NCBI GenBank assembly: GCA_951406725.2
Contig: OX597817.1
Span: 46,252,001-46,316,000, forward strand
From: Octopus vulgaris
Taxonomy: Eukaryota
Reading direction: 5' to 3'
DNA: 64,000 nt
Shown here piece after piece: positions 14,574 to 29,627 of the stretch. Position 1 is the first letter of the stretch. Each line of letters starts with the position of its first letter. The position numbers and the translations under genes were made by a program. The notes under the pieces were generated by a model. It worked only from the letters and a program-made list of their open reading frames with translations. It searched no databases and was not told where the DNA came from.

Positions 14574-14862
14574 TGGAGGCACATGGCCTAATGGTTAGAG
14601 CAGCGGACTCGCAGTCGAGAGATCGCAAGTTCGAATCTTAGACGGGGCGATGTGTGTGTTTATGAGCGAAACACCTAAGTTCCACGCGGCCCCGGTATAA
14701 GGTAATGGCGAACCTCTGATGACTCTTTCGCCACAGCTTTCTCTCACTCTTTCTTCCTGCATCTTGCAGCTCACCCGCAATGGACCGGCGTCCCGTCCAT
14801 GCCAAGGGAAACCGGGATACCGGCCCTTATGAGCCAGGCATGGCTCGTGAAGGAACAAACAA
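14574..14862 (+). mobile_element. tRNA-derived SINE (family 2)
   Basis: A box TGGCCTAATGG, B box GTTCGAATC; colinear with 13562-13860. Confidence 0.85.
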
Positions 14863-15319
14863 TATGTGTTACACCTGTCAGTGTTTCAGTTGTGGAGAAA
14901 GGCTAGAATAGAATTATGCTTTGAAAAATGGTGACTAACCAGGATTGTGAATTTGTCTCGACCTCTACACACTGTCACAAAAGTGGACTTTTATGCTGTA
15001 CTTTCATCATATGCGTAGTTTGTGGGAGGCCACTGAAGATATTTCTCTACGTGTGACTTTCTTGGAAGTGGTCAATACCGTAAGACAAATAATTTATTCC
15101 TGAATACCGGCAAAATATTCCCAAACTATATAGGACTCGCGACAGCAAGATTATTTAGTATGTATGAACAGAGGCTCCCGCTTCGGTTTTGTATCTTCCA
15201 CGGCGATTGAACAACAGAAGAGAGTAAAATAAATACCGTTTTAATAATTGCATATATCTTTGGTTTAACCATTAGGAAGTCGTATATGTGCCAGGCATAG
15301 TGTCTAAATACAGTTCTAT

Positions 15320-15484
15320 ATTTAAGAGATGAGGAATTATGTACATTATTTATATTATTTACATTTGACAGATATTTGTCCTCATGTTGTTTGCTGTTAA
15401 CACAGCATTTCGTACCCCCCAGGCTTCATCAGGTGTTTTGGGGAAATTTGGAACCTGGGTCCTCATTCCTAAGGTATTTTTCGA

Positions 15485-15490
<6 letters not shown>
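15320..15490 (-). mobile_element. Diverged copy of the 9057-9205 hammerhead-bearing repeat
   Basis: Colinear with 9057-9205. CTGATGA retained (15426-15432); helix II partly deleted. Confidence 0.65.
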
Positions 15491-15544
<54 letters not shown>

Positions 15545-15663
15545 CATCATTATTATTACACACACACACACATACATACATTCTGTATGTGTTTATGTAA
15601 CTTTATTTATTTCGTGCGCATCCTATCTAGGTTTCCAAATTTCTCTAAAGTAATAAGATACAT

Positions 15664-15945
15664 ATGTGACAAGTATTCGGTAGCCATGATAAAACTTCGA
15701 GTTTCGGATGCCGAGGCGGAAACCCACGCCAGCATCTCTTCAGTTGCCGAGCCATCGAAAACAAATTCTATGAAAATATATCGATGACCCGGTAACTGAA
15801 GAGATGGAGACACGGGTTTCCGCCCCGACATCCGAAACTCGAAGTTTTATCATGGCTACCGAATAAGTGTCACATGTTATATTTACAGATAAGTTCCTCT
15901 ATTTATATAAAATCGAGGTCTCTTTCATTCTTTTGTTTCCTTGCC
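15664..15945. mobile_element. Inverted pair of Penelope-type pseudo-LTR fragments, each with a type I hammerhead (15688-15747 minus; 15791-15851 plus)
   Basis: Plus arm: GGTAA-CTGAAGA-GATG...CATCC-GAAA-C tcgaa G-TT-TTATC. The arms are inverted over 15664-15875. Third copy at 35190-35370. Confidence 0.7.
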
Positions 15946-15980
15946 ATTTCTATCAATATGTATATATATATATATATATA

Positions 15981-16043
15981 TAGTAGAAATGAGGTACTCA
16001 GAAGATCGGATGGTTTATATTTACAGATATTTATTTATATATT

Positions 16044-16114
<71 letters not shown>

Positions 16115-16295
16115 TATCACTTAGATCATTAGCGCTTTCTCCCATTCTAGTAGGGTTTTCAAATCAAACCCCACTAGAATGGGAGAAAGCGCTAATGATC
16201 TAAGTGATATGATATATATATATAAAAAATGTAATATATAAATAAATATCTGTAAATATAAACCATCCGATCTTCTGAGTACCTCATTTCTTCTA
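15981..16295. repeat. Long inverted repeat with internal (TA)n; contains a hammerhead 3' half GAAAGCGCTA
   Basis: AGAAATGAGGTACTCAGAAGATCGGATGG... is mirrored at the right end. Inner arms are at 16111-16155 and 16170-16212. Confidence 0.7.
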
Positions 16296-16980
16296 ATATA
16301 TAATACCTGTACATCATCTCCAAACCTTCCAATATATATATATATATTCATACATATACGACGACGGTGTGATGCATAGTTCCTGACTTTAAGGACATCG
16401 CCAAAGGCCTGGTTGAGGGCGAACCTTTCGAGTTCCTTTACAGGGCTCAGAAAAGTGAAGAACTGCTGCAAAAACTGTGTGGATCCGAGAAAGGAACATG
16501 TTAAATTAAATCATAATTAACTGATCCTATCTTATTTTATTTTACCCAGAGCCAAAACCTTTTCAGCACACGCCCTCATATATATATATATATATATATA
16601 TATGCATATGTACATACATACATATATCAACGTACTGAGAAGGGAATAAAAGAAATGATAAGTGTTGTGAATAGAACTGAAGCTGTAGATATTGGTTAGC
16701 TTTAGAAAGAGAGCGAGAGAGAGAGAGAGAGATAAAGATAGACAGAGAGAGTTTCGTACATCACGATGCGTACATTGAAACAGACACACCACCAATATAT
16801 CAGATATGGCATGGGTATACATAAGCGGCGTCCTTCAAACCAAATGAAGGGTGTTGATATATATGGATTTCTATAATTATTAATAGGCATGCATAAATGT
16901 ATTTAGACATTTCAGTATATATGCCTTCAATACATATATGTTAATATATGCGTAAGATTTGGCTTTTATGTACGTATGCC

Positions 16981-17027
<47 letters not shown>

Positions 17028-17383
17028 AATGTGTGAGAATAAATCGATAGCTTCTACCAATGTCTATCAATACATACATTATTGATTAATATTCTATTGA
17101 CGTTCTCATTACTCAGTGGCGGTCAATGTGTTTATTGTTAAGCGAATACTAGGCTATGTTTGATGTCCACCATTCATTATTCAAAAAATCAAAGGCAAAA
17201 TAACCGAAAATCTCATTAAATACCCTCTAAAAATAACTTAGTCATGTGTGTTTGGGGAAGAGATGGCTACTGGAATCAATGAAGCGTTAGAATTTTTTTT
17301 TCCTAAATGTCAAAGCTGCATTTTTTTAGGTTTTCATCTTTTTTGTTTAACGCTTCCGTTATTTTTTATGCTTATATAATACA

Positions 17384-17515
<132 letters not shown>

Positions 17516-17634
17516 GGTATATATATATATTTATATATGTATGTATGTATGTATACATAAATATAGTGAGAGTGAGAGATATTGATATAGGTATATACAT
17601 ATATTCATTTATACCTATATAATTATGTATATGC

Positions 17635-17687
<53 letters not shown>

Positions 17688-17735
17688 TATACATATATAC
17701 ACACACACACACACATATATATTTATAAATATTTA

Positions 17736-17779
<44 letters not shown>

Positions 17780-18057
17780 TTTAGGTTTTGAATTTTAAGT
17801 GTCACGTCGCTGGTCGACAGCATTTATAATTGAGGATGAATAATATAAGTGATTAGAGTGGCTTTATAGCGGTTTTGACTGCTATTCCTAGCCATGTAAG
17901 GATTTTAACCCTCTCCGTCATAATTGTAATTTTTCACAATTATTGAACTCTTCTTTTAAGAAAAGTGCAATAATTGTTCTGGCCAACTGATATATTAGTG
18001 GATAATTTTGAATTGTCTACAATACATCATGCGTATTGCGTTTTTACATTCATTCCT

Positions 18058-18112
<55 letters not shown>

Positions 18113-18178
18113 GCATGCATACATATATGCACACACACACGCACATATATATGTATGTATATATGTATATATATATAT

Positions 18179-18340
18179 ATATAAATACAGTGTACATTTA
18201 AACACAAAAAGGTATCCATCATAAGAGTACTTGCACGCTAGAGAGAACAGTTAAATTCCAAACCACTCTGTCCTCTGTAGCGTACAGGTAGTCCTATGAT
18301 GGATATCCCTTTTGTATTTAAATGTATATTGTATTTATAT
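18179..18340. repeat. Diverged inverted repeat (~70 bp arms)
   Basis: ATAAATACAGTGTACATTTAAACACAAAAAGGTATCCATCATA pairs with TATGATGGATATCCCTTTTGTATTTAAATGTATATTGTATTTAT. Confidence 0.65.
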
Positions 18341-18949
18341 TAATAATATATAGTCTATTGACTAAATGTTTTACACGCTAGGCCACTGGTAATGGAAACT
18401 TCTAATATTTCAGTTTGCCCTATGATATTTATTATATATACGTATGTATAAATGCATATTTGTGTGTATGTGTGTGGGTGTGTGAGTGTCTTCGCGCACG
18501 CGTGTACAGATCCGGAGAAAAAAGTTAGATATGTGTTGGTAGTTAGTGAATAAACGTGGAGAAAGCGAGATTATAGAGGTTTTGGTGTGTGGCATTTGTT
18601 TGACAGAAGAGTTCTTCTAAAGAGAATATAACCTCCGATATCCATATCCAGATGTGTATGTACCTTTCTGTGATTGTTTGTTTCTGTGTGTCGGTATGTA
18701 CAACTGTGTGTGTGCGCGTGCGTCATTCTGTGTCCGTGGTTGTGAGCAGAACACGTGTTTTCGCAGGCTGTCATTATAAGACGTTTCCTGCGCTCTTAAT
18801 GAGAGACAAAACTGGGCGTAATTTTAGAATTTTCGTTACTATTTATTCAGCTACAATTGTGAAGTATTCAATATGAAAATAATTTAAGGTGTTCAAGACT
18901 GATTATCTTCTGTGTAGAAATGTGAAGAAAGTATCATCCATCTCAGTGA

Positions 18950-19320
18950 AGTGAAACCCAATTTTTATCCTTGACAGTTAAGCATAATTGATATCTCTTA
19001 CCGTTCTTAGTGAATGGTTTTGTTCAATTTACTTCATCGTTAACCCACCAGATGTTGAGATGCCATATGCCTTGTAATAATGATGTGGAATTCATTGTGT
19101 CTTCGTTTCCATTGACTGGATATATTATGTGCATCAAGCTTTGAACATGTATTTGCGGTTTGTACGGACGTTCGTCAATATCGACATTTCTTCAGTCATC
19201 TTGGAAACGTCTGAACCGCTCGTACACTTGTGTGTGACTCATACACTCCACCAGTCCTCTTCCTGCAACTTTGTACAGGCCTCTGAGCAGGTATCGCCAT
19301 GACAAGTTTCTCTTTCATAG
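18950..19320 (-). pseudogene. Mariner transposase N-terminal (HTH) relic
   Basis: Broken minus-strand translation GDTCSEACTKLQ...ECMSHTQVYERFRRFQDD*RNVDIDERP. Confidence 0.6.
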
Positions 19321-20695
19321 TCAATGCGATGATCACACGCTACACAGCTTCCTTCCATGCATTGCTGCAAACAGCGAAAGTGCGATAGAACGCTAAAACC
19401 TATTGCACGACAGAGCTCAAGGTCAATTTTTTCCAAGCGCCATTGCTCTGCCTGCTTCAACTTTGTTACTATGGCAACATTCCGGATACTTATTGATCAG
19501 ATGTCGCGTATATCTTTTAAAGAATGTGACACTTTGAATTATAGGTTATGTGGTCAATTCTTCGTGTTGCAGCGGAACAATATGTATTAGACATATTATT
19601 AGCAAGCAGCTTCTCTGTTTCTCTGTTGCATTCGTAACTATAGTAACTGAAGTCGCTGAAAAATAGCAGTAATAAAAGCGATATTAAAACACCCAGAATG
19701 GCAACACTAATTATCGCTGCTAAAGGCGGTTACTATTAGCAATAATTAATCTCCCAAATTACCTGAAAATAACATGCTCACACAAGCTTTGCAAAATAGA
19801 ACTGCTTTTCTAAACAGTGTTAGATCTTATACATTTGTAAAAAATGTTTAATTAATCTGAAGCCACGTTTTAGTATGTAAAATTTTAATTCTGATGCTTT
19901 ATAACGAATGATAATTTACATGCATCCCTAATATCCAATAAACGAGAAGCATGAATATAAAAAGAAAATCTTTGAACATACGGTTGACTTGGGGGTTAAA
20001 TGTCAAAGCAGGATAAAAAAAAGCATTTATATGTTGAAATTAAAATATTGTTTGAGGAAGGGTTGGACCATGTACGTTTACCAAATTCGAAGGAATTAAA
20101 CTGTTATATCATCTCATGACAGACTGTGTACTTTGGGTCTTTGGGCTAGTTTTATTTGAGCTTACCCTGTTATGTTCATTCGCAGCATATACCGTCTCTC
20201 ACTCTCTGCTCGTCTTATGTTCTTGTCGATATTGAGACTCAGACATCTGAGAAAATGAACATTAGTATTAACCTTACTTATCTTGCAAGGATTAAATTCT
20301 TCAAATTTCCCGCTGATTCTTTTTAAAATGGAAGAAAATAAGCAAAGACAAACGATGATTTATAGAAGAAATAGGCAGTGAAAATTAGTAAACATTCAGA
20401 TACTGCTGTGACAAGAGTCACGGTACACCCTGCGAGAAAACACTTGACAGAACCACTATAAATAATAGCGGTCTGAGTGATAGACAGAGAGAGAGAGAGA
20501 GAGAGAGAGTAGGCGTTAATCGCAGGCAGTAGTAAGGTGTCGTTTGGATAGTTTGTCGAAATATCGTTTGTTGGTTCGTGTATAGTTCGTGGAGAGTGTG
20601 TTGGATCGTTACGTTGTTTTTCCTTGCTTCGTTAAATGTTTTATTTTATCTATAAAATTATAGTGTAACAAAACAGCCGTCATAACAATTGGCGA

Positions 20696-20991
20696 TACAA
20701 CGTGTGATAAATCACGCAGAAAACTTTACCACAGAAAAATAATTTTAAAAATTTAACCGCTTTACTTTTCATTTCAAAACCTACACCAATATGGACTTTA
20801 ACGTTTTCTCCAACAATGTTTGATAATTTTGGCTTGCGAAAATTGGTAAATACTTAGACGAATGCACATTTTCCAATTAGTACACAACGTGCGATAAATC
20901 ATGCGGAAAAGTTTACCAAAGAGAAATAATTTTTTAAATTTAACCGCTCTACCTTTCATTTCAAAAAACCTATACCAATATGGACTTTAAC
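20696..20991 (+). repeat. Diverged ~105 bp direct repeat (20696-20801 / 20883-20991)
   Basis: ACAACGTG.GATAAATCA...ACCAATATGGACTTTAAC occurs twice. Confidence 0.7.
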
Positions 20992-21965
20992 AATTTCTTT
21001 AGCGTTAGGCAACTTTGGCCTTATAATTTTATTTAACATTTTGCTGCGAACTTTTCCTTCAGTAGTCATTTTGATTTGGTCGAGTGAGTTTTATAGACGG
21101 CAAGTTTATGCTCTGTACATTTTAAGTGATAGAGAATCCCAAACTTTAATTAATATTTTTAATTCAGCAACTTATGCCTTTTAACTTTAAATGATATTTG
21201 AACCAAAAATATTTTGAATGTTTTAATTTATTAAGTGTTTTTCTCTTGAGTTTAATAAATCATACACTGGGAATCGGAGTGTTAATTTCAGAATATTATA
21301 GAATTCATATTTCACGTACAATTGCATGCATTTTTTCTTCTTGTTGTTTTTGCTAGTAAATATGTTTAAGGATCTATTACTTAATTGCAAAAATAAATAC
21401 AATTTTACATTTAGCTCTAAAATGCTTATAATTGCTTCATTTCGTTTTCATAACAACGATGCCGAAGAGAAATATTTATGTCGAGAGGGACGCAGAAGAA
21501 ATATTGAACATTATCGAAGCAAGTGAGCATTCCGAATTCTTCGCAGTTGAAACTGACGATGCAGAAGAGCTTCAATTTGTTTAGCACGCCCCAAATGATG
21601 GTCGAGATTCAGATATAGATGCCGCAGGCAGTGATTGCGAAAAGGCGTTAGCAAATCTTAGAATCAATGGTCTTGATGTGCATCACACAACGCGCAGAAT
21701 TTGGAGTTCGAAATCAAAATTATAAAAAAAAATCTTCATATAGATAGATGCGTTGTGTTGTCAAATTTGGCGCATAAAAAAGAATATAACCTCTGTATGT
21801 ACCACCGATAACGCTTACTTTAATAGAGCTGTATTTACTTTATAACCCATTAATGCCCAACATTTTTAAAAAGTTGGATATTTATAAAAAAAATTAGCAA
21901 AAACACCCGTCATTCATCAAGTAATTACTTTTATTCTTTCTAGGGAGCCACATTAAAAATGATAT

Positions 21966-22034
<69 letters not shown>

Positions 22035-22202
22035 TCACTCCTCCTGTATGTGTGTATTTGATAAGAAAAAACATAATAATTAAAGTAGAAAAAAGATAAT
22101 TTCATACAAGAACTTCTGTTTATTTATTATATGACAATAATAAGTGAGTTGTATGCGTTATTTCATATATCAGTATAGTAATCGCAATTATATAAAACAC
22201 AA

Positions 22203-22320
22203 ATCTTTGGTCGGCACGGAGCTGTAATGAAAGAGAATTGCCCAACATCCTGCACAGTGGGACTGAACCCAAGGTGACATGGTTGGAAAGCAAGTTTCTC
22301 AACCACACAACCATGCCTAT
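22203..22320 (-). mobile_element. Degenerate 5' half of family-1 tRNA-SINE
   Basis: CAGTGGGACTGAACCC...ACATGGTTGGAAAGCAAG...CCACACAACC matches the head of 49770-50169. Confidence 0.65.
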
Positions 22321-23602
22321 AAGGGAGAGATATATTTTTGGATAATATACTCCTTGATACAATATGCTTAACAAAAAGATGGGATGCTTACGGCGCGAAG
22401 ACCTTTGATTTTAATATTTACCCGAGCAACGCAACAACTAATAACGCTACACCATGCAGGGCGTTCCAGAATTAGCTATCCGTTTCAATGAAAGCAGACA
22501 TGCTGCTGGACATGCTGCGGTACGCAGGATTAGAAACGTGAAACATCAACAGGGCACTTCTGGAGAATAGCTGAATGTGTTTGTTGTGCCTTTATCCAGC
22601 AGCGTACACTCACATGGCCCGTATTTTGGGGGTTATATGAAAATCAGTTGTTACGTAGACCAGTGAAGCAAGCATGACGGATAAGAATGAAAGTAAGAAC
22701 TGGATATAAGAACTGTAAATTTCTCATTTGTTCTTTATAGTTTTTCGACTGTAAATTTTTCATGAGTTCTTTATAGTTGTTCCACTACCCACCTCCCTAG
22801 TTTACACAACGTTGCCTGACATTTGCGAATTTATCTCGCAAATTCTATTTGGGTGTCAGCGAAATGTTCTATACAAGTGGATGCTGTGTTTTAGGGAAAT
22901 ATCCAATGTGGAATATATAGCGGTAGAAAATGAAGTATTGAACCATGTTACTTTTTCTCTTTCTATCTTTTAAATAGCGAAAGGCAGAGAATCTTCTGTG
23001 CGTACTAAATACGATGTATCCATCTCGATAATATGAAGATATTTCTATTTGAGGATATTCTAGTGTCTGTTCAAGAAATTCATTCTTCTAAGGTTATAAT
23101 CATAACTACGGCATGATATGGATTCTAATAAGAATGTTCGAAGAGTAAACGATTTCAAAGAATGCCCATTCAACATATGTACTCCTTCGACAGAGACAGG
23201 GAAAATATACTTTCTTATCTTGTTTTATCAGCAGTAATCTTGGACCGGGTAACTACACGTTAAGTATAATCTAGAAGATGCTGGATAAGTTTCTTTGTTT
23301 GTTTAGACGAGAACAATACGAAACATACAATAAAAGGTTTAACAAGAAAACACAATTGCCTGTTGGTGGATTCTAAGCTATTAGTTTACATAATTTTCAC
23401 TGAAAATCTACTCAAATTAAGATAAAGAAGTATTCTTATCCATTGCATTAGAGCTATTCTCAATTCTTCAATCGATATAATATTATCAATTGTCAAGCAC
23501 TTGTCTAACTTCCTTTCACTTTCACTTATACACAAAATTGTGTGGGCGCACACAGACAGAATAGAAGGGAGGGAGGGAGAGATGTACACAAACATATTTA
23601 TA

Positions 23603-23649
<47 letters not shown>

Positions 23650-23694
23650 ATATATATATATGAGTATATATATATGTGTGTGTATATATATATG

Positions 23695-23747
<53 letters not shown>

Positions 23748-23906
23748 GTGTGTGTGTGTATATATATATGTATATATATATATATATATATACATACATA
23801 TATATATAACCGTAGGTAAGTAAGTAGAGATAGATAGAGATAGAGATAAATAGATACACACAGACATAACATGTAAACATACATAGACGGACTGACAGAT
23901 AGGGAA

Positions 23907-23974
<68 letters not shown>

Positions 23975-24479
23975 GTTGGTTGGCAGACCTTTTCATAAAA
24001 TGCATTTAAATTGTAATTACTAGCTACTTTGTAGCATAGTAAATATCTTTTGGGGGATATTCGTAGTTTGGTGCCCTTGTGGCAAACAAGGAAAACATTA
24101 CACGAATGATTATTAGTGTGTTTTCTTTTTTTTTTCTATCAATACTCCATTGTCTATAATTAATTTGAACACCTCACAGTCACTTTATTTTATGGAGGCT
24201 ATAATTAATATGAGGAAAAGATAATTTAACGGTTGTGAATCGGTGTAAAAATATGTATTGAAATGAATGTTTATGACTAATGGCAATATCTTTCATAAAT
24301 ATTTACTATATATACATGTAAACATATACACACCTACATATATCCCACTCCACCACCCAATGCACAGGCATATCTCTATCGTTTCACTTTCCATTCCATA
24401 TATGTGTGTTTGTGTGTGCATGTGTATGTATTTCTACATAGACACATGTTTATGCATATATACTTATATAATCAATATA

Positions 24480-24512
<33 letters not shown>

Positions 24513-24513
24513 T

Positions 24514-24558
<45 letters not shown>

Positions 24559-24615
24559 GTTTATATATGTTTATATATATATGTAAAATGTTTATATAGA
24601 TATATGTACAAGTAT

Positions 24616-24653
<38 letters not shown>

Positions 24654-24725
24654 ATACTTGTAAATATATTTATATAAACATATTTTACACACTCATATAC
24701 ACTACCTATATACACATTGATATAT

Positions 24726-24756
<31 letters not shown>

Positions 24757-24758
24757 CC

Positions 24759-24816
<58 letters not shown>

Positions 24817-25243
24817 CATATATACATATGTGTGTATGTATGTGTGTGTGTTTGTGTTTATGCAGACTTGAAGATTGGACCATTCATATAATCTCAAACA
24901 ATTACACACCCTCAGGATTATTTATATGTTTGTTCTGCTATAAACGAGAGCATGCACAAATGATTCATTTAATGTATTGTCTCTATGTTATACGTAAATA
25001 AATACGATAAAAAACATTAATAAAAGGAAAGAAAATTCATCAAGCTAAACACATTATTTTATTCCTAATCGCTATATGTAGAGTAATATCTTAATTAATT
25101 GCGATATAATATATAATACGATTCACCTTCAGAAGTTATAATGATTTTTCTAAAACAATCTACTGAACCACACTGTTTTAAACACTGCCGAAAGATTAGA
25201 GGCAAATATTATAAATAATAAATGAAAAACAAAACAAAATATA

Positions 25244-25302
<59 letters not shown>

Positions 25303-26055
25303 CATCTTTACATGATATTAATATGTATTTATTTCATTCTTTAATGGTTGTATATATTAATATAGTAATAATGTATAGCGTTTTTTCTATATATCGAGAC
25401 AGACATTTATATATGTGTGTACGAGTATGTAGGTTTACATATAAGTATGTGCATACGTATGGTAGTGTGTGTTGATGAGAGACAGAGAGACGGAGAGGAG
25501 AGAGAGGTGGGGGCGAGCTCGTGTGTTTATATATATGATGAGTTGGTAAATTTATTTATTGGGTAATGGTTTTGCAGTTTAATATTTCCAATCTCAATAA
25601 TATGTTACATAGATCAATAATTATGTAAGCTGCAATTTGAGATGGTTTTAGTATTCAGTGTCTGACTGATAACATTTTCCGCTACTTCTCCTGGTATTGT
25701 CACACGAAACAGTATCTTACTTTACACGTTCATATTTCTGATTCATTAAGTGGTAACATCCATACGTAAAATAATTTTAGAGACAGACCTGTAAAAGCTA
25801 GTTTTGCGTAATAGTTTCTTTTCTAGTTGTAATCCATCTTACAAAAGGTCTCTACTTAAATATATTTATTTCCTACAGACAAACGTCATAGAGTTTATAA
25901 TCCGTTTTCTGTTATTAGTTAAAACTACTTTAGTTAAGTAATTTTACTAATTTTCTTCATGATAATTTCTCACTTTCACTACCATTCAAAAATATAAAAT
26001 GTTCTTTCTCGTCAGCCATATCTATGGTAAAAAATATTCAGAGCATGCTTATCTA

Positions 26056-26394
26056 CAGTGTGCGTAAGGTATTTGAGGACATACCTTTTTTTGAACATTG
26101 CTGCATATTTTGTTAACTTTGTATATTCTTTTATTCAGAAAATAATGATTGCAGACACTCAACTTACGCAAGAAATGAAGAGGCATGCCGTTATTGTGGT
26201 TAGAAAGGTTGAGCATAACGATTTAGGAATATCTTCATTTTTAAAGTTGCCAGATCTTTCGTCTACAAAGTTTGTAAGAATCTATAGATTGAAGATGGAA
26301 ACGTATCACCAGTATCCAAGCATAAAAAGCATTCTAAACGCTCGGAAATCATCAGAATACTTGAATTTATCCAGGAAGTGTATCTATGTATCAC

Positions 26395-26461
<67 letters not shown>

Positions 26462-26478
26462 GTACTTACTTACTCACG

Positions 26479-26537
<59 letters not shown>

Positions 26538-27834
26538 TCCCAGGATGTCCATGAGGTCAATTGCAAAAGATCTCCATGCACAGGAGGAACAGCTAGAAAT
26601 GCAGTCAACGAAGACATCAGCTATAAATCTGATATGGTGAGGTTAGGTCAATTTGTCAGAAAAAGCAAAGGAAAATCACTACATCTTTATATATAAAAGA
26701 GAGGTTGTGTGTCTGTCTCCTACGATTTAGATTCCTAACTACTCCCACATTTTGCGGTGCAGTTTAACCAAAACCGGGTATCTTATAGTCGTGATTCATA
26801 TCGAGACCTTCTGGGTATTAGAGCGCGTCTACGATGAGTGTACGATTAAAAAAAAAATTACCATCAGTTTTTTCCATTTTAATGCATTTTTCGCTATTAT
26901 ATAAGGGAAGTAACTCTCTAAAAATGTCTACGATGAGTCAACGATTTAAAAAAAAATTACCATAATTTCTTTTCCATTTTTAATGCATTGTTTTGCTATT
27001 TTTTGACTATAACTCTCTAAAAATGCTTATATAGTTATTTCCCTAACAAACCCGAGTAACGCCGGGCGATACTGCTAGTCAGATATAAAAGGCTCTTAAA
27101 CAAACTCAAAAATCCAGCAGAATATATGATTTGGCTTTCCTTAAACGAGAGAAATTTCGACCAAGATCAAAAAGTTCACAGAACAGAATGTTATGTGTAG
27201 ACCTTTCTGAAGATCCAAGTGTTAAGTATACAAAATTTCCTGCAACTGTCATGGTTATATGGGTTGTCAGCAATGAAGAAACATGTGATGCCTCCTTACT
27301 TCTTTCTACAAGGCCTTAGAGTCAACTCTGCCGCCTACATTGAGGTCCTGCAAACAATTGTTAAGACCTGGATATACAGTGTATGCAATGGATGGCCATA
27401 TGTGTTTCAGTAAGACTCTGCTCTATCACACATGGCTCTAATAACACAAATGGATCGCTGAACATTTTGATGATTACATAACCACTAACTTTGGCCTCCT
27501 AATTCCCCAGATCTCAATCCATTGGACTATTACATGTGGATCGTTGCTGAGAGAGGTCAATGAACACGCCCATAATACCAAAGATTCATTGAAAGCTGCT
27601 ATAGTCAGAGTAATGTCCAGAATGAACCAGGGCCACTTGATTCGTGCATGTAGATGATTTAGATCTCGTATAGAAGCAGTTGTTGAAACTGAAGATGGCT
27701 TTATTGAATAACAATATAGAAAAGAAGGTTTATTTTTATCCTCATACCATTTTTTGATAAATAAAATTATAATCTGTTATTATATCTGTTTTTATATAGA
27801 CATAAATATGTCCTCAGATGTCTTACGCACCCTG
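26056..27834 (+). mobile_element. Tc1/mariner superfamily (DD37D/maT-like) transposon relic
   Basis: ~28 bp TIRs CAGTGTGCGTAAGGTATTTGAGGACATA / TATGTCCTCAGATGTCTTACGCACCCTG, with TA on the left. Broken transposase with VFQ*DSA, WPPNSPDLNPLDYYMW and SRIEAVVETEDGFIE. Interrupted by microsatellites and a Helitron. Confidence 0.85.
26684..27078 (+). mobile_element. Non-autonomous Helitron nested in the DD37D element
   Basis: Starts A|TCTTTATATATAAAA; ends CCCGAGTAACGCCGGG hairpin then GCTAG|T. Confidence 0.8.
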
Positions 27835-29357
27835 TTTATATCATGCTTAATCAGTGCTAGATTAGTTATTAATCAAAATAATCACTTGATTAACACATCA
27901 AAGACAGTGGAGTTCACAATTTTCTTTAAACTTGCTAAAATATTATTGGAAATGGTTTATATGATTGGGAAATTTACTTTCAAGACTTATTATTGTTTAT
28001 ATTTTGAATCATGTATATTGGAGCACCAAAACCCTTTAAGTGTTTTCGGCGTTTATCGTCTTAATCGGGCCTTGCACTAAATATTTATACATGTCGATAG
28101 GCCAGTTTTTGTAGTATTCATCTAGAGATAACCTCTTCGGTGAAAAAAGAATAAATATCAGAGGGAGAGAGAAAGAGGGAAAGAGGGAGACAAAAGTCCG
28201 TCCCTCCAGAAGCCAGCGAGAGCACTATATGCACTTCAGGCTCTGCGTCCCTTTTTAACGGTGCATACTCGCAACCATCCACTTGTTCAGACGAGAATTT
28301 GTCGCCTTCGCTATGGGAAGAAAAATAAATAAAATACTCTTTGATTTTTACCAATAGCCACCCAGCTGATCATAGGAGAATGTATCTAGTTAGAAGAAAC
28401 ACATATTTCAAAATATTGTGGCATACAACAAAAGCAATAAGTAAATTCTTGTAAACCTAATATCTCAGCCAAATCGTACCCCGGCTGCATCGAATTCATT
28501 TAAGCGATATTCCATAGCCTCATTCTCTTTCTTTTAATCTATGTTAGAAGCATTGATTTCTCTTAGAAATTGATATTACTGTTTAATAGATTTTCAAAGT
28601 TTTTTTTTTTTCATTGTTTTATAATTGAATGGTCAAATTTCAATTTTACTTTATGTATTACGCTTCGTTTCAGTTTATCCCCTTGTTTTACTAAAGTAGA
28701 GCAGCCGACGAGGAGCTGGTACGATCTGGCTACGATCTACTTATTTCCAATTTGTAATATCCTCTGGGAAATGAACAACTGTCTCAGAAACTTAGAATTT
28801 TCTGTTCCAGTTAGAATATAAGAATTCATCAACCATATCACTGAAGTAAAAGAGCAAAAGAAATTAAACACAGACACTTAGCTGAAATTTGATCTATGAA
28901 TAGATTAAGTTGAAATTAAAAAAATACAAAACAAATCCCTTCAAATTCAATCGGAGGGGCATATATGGCTCCGGGTTAAGAAATTCGCTTTGCAATCATG
29001 TGGCAATTTCTATACTAATGGGTTTCGCACATATCGCAACAATGAATGCATGCTTTTCAATTCTTTAGCTAGAATTTTATTTTCCAAAAAATAAAACCTC
29101 TTAGTAAGAGGCATATACTGGTCATTGGTGTATGGTGGTTATTTTGTTGGGTGTACTGCCACGCGCAATGCTGCCAAATTTCAAGCCAGGGTATAGTAGA
29201 GGTTTTCCATTAAGATTTGTGATTAAGTAAGGTATATTTGTAATATAGTTCTCATATTCGATGGGTGTGCAACGCACATAGCGCACCCAAAATATATGCC
29301 TATGCCCTTGATAAATAAGTGTCCTGAACTGAAGTACCCAAACTACCTCTCGTAAGA

Positions 29358-29399
<42 letters not shown>

Positions 29400-29627
29400 A
29401 TTAATCAATATAGGGTGGCAAAAAAAAAATTGTAGAATTATTTTTGCCACCAGCGGCCTAGTGGGAAAAAATTAAATAGTCATAGACCATTTTTAAGTTC
29501 AACATCAACAATCAAGGAACGGCCATAATAGGCCATTCACCCACTAGAAATAACAGCCAAAGCTTCAACCGCAAATAAAAATTAATTCCGTAAACCAGGA
29601 GAAAATTTAAAAAACATTTACCCTGTA

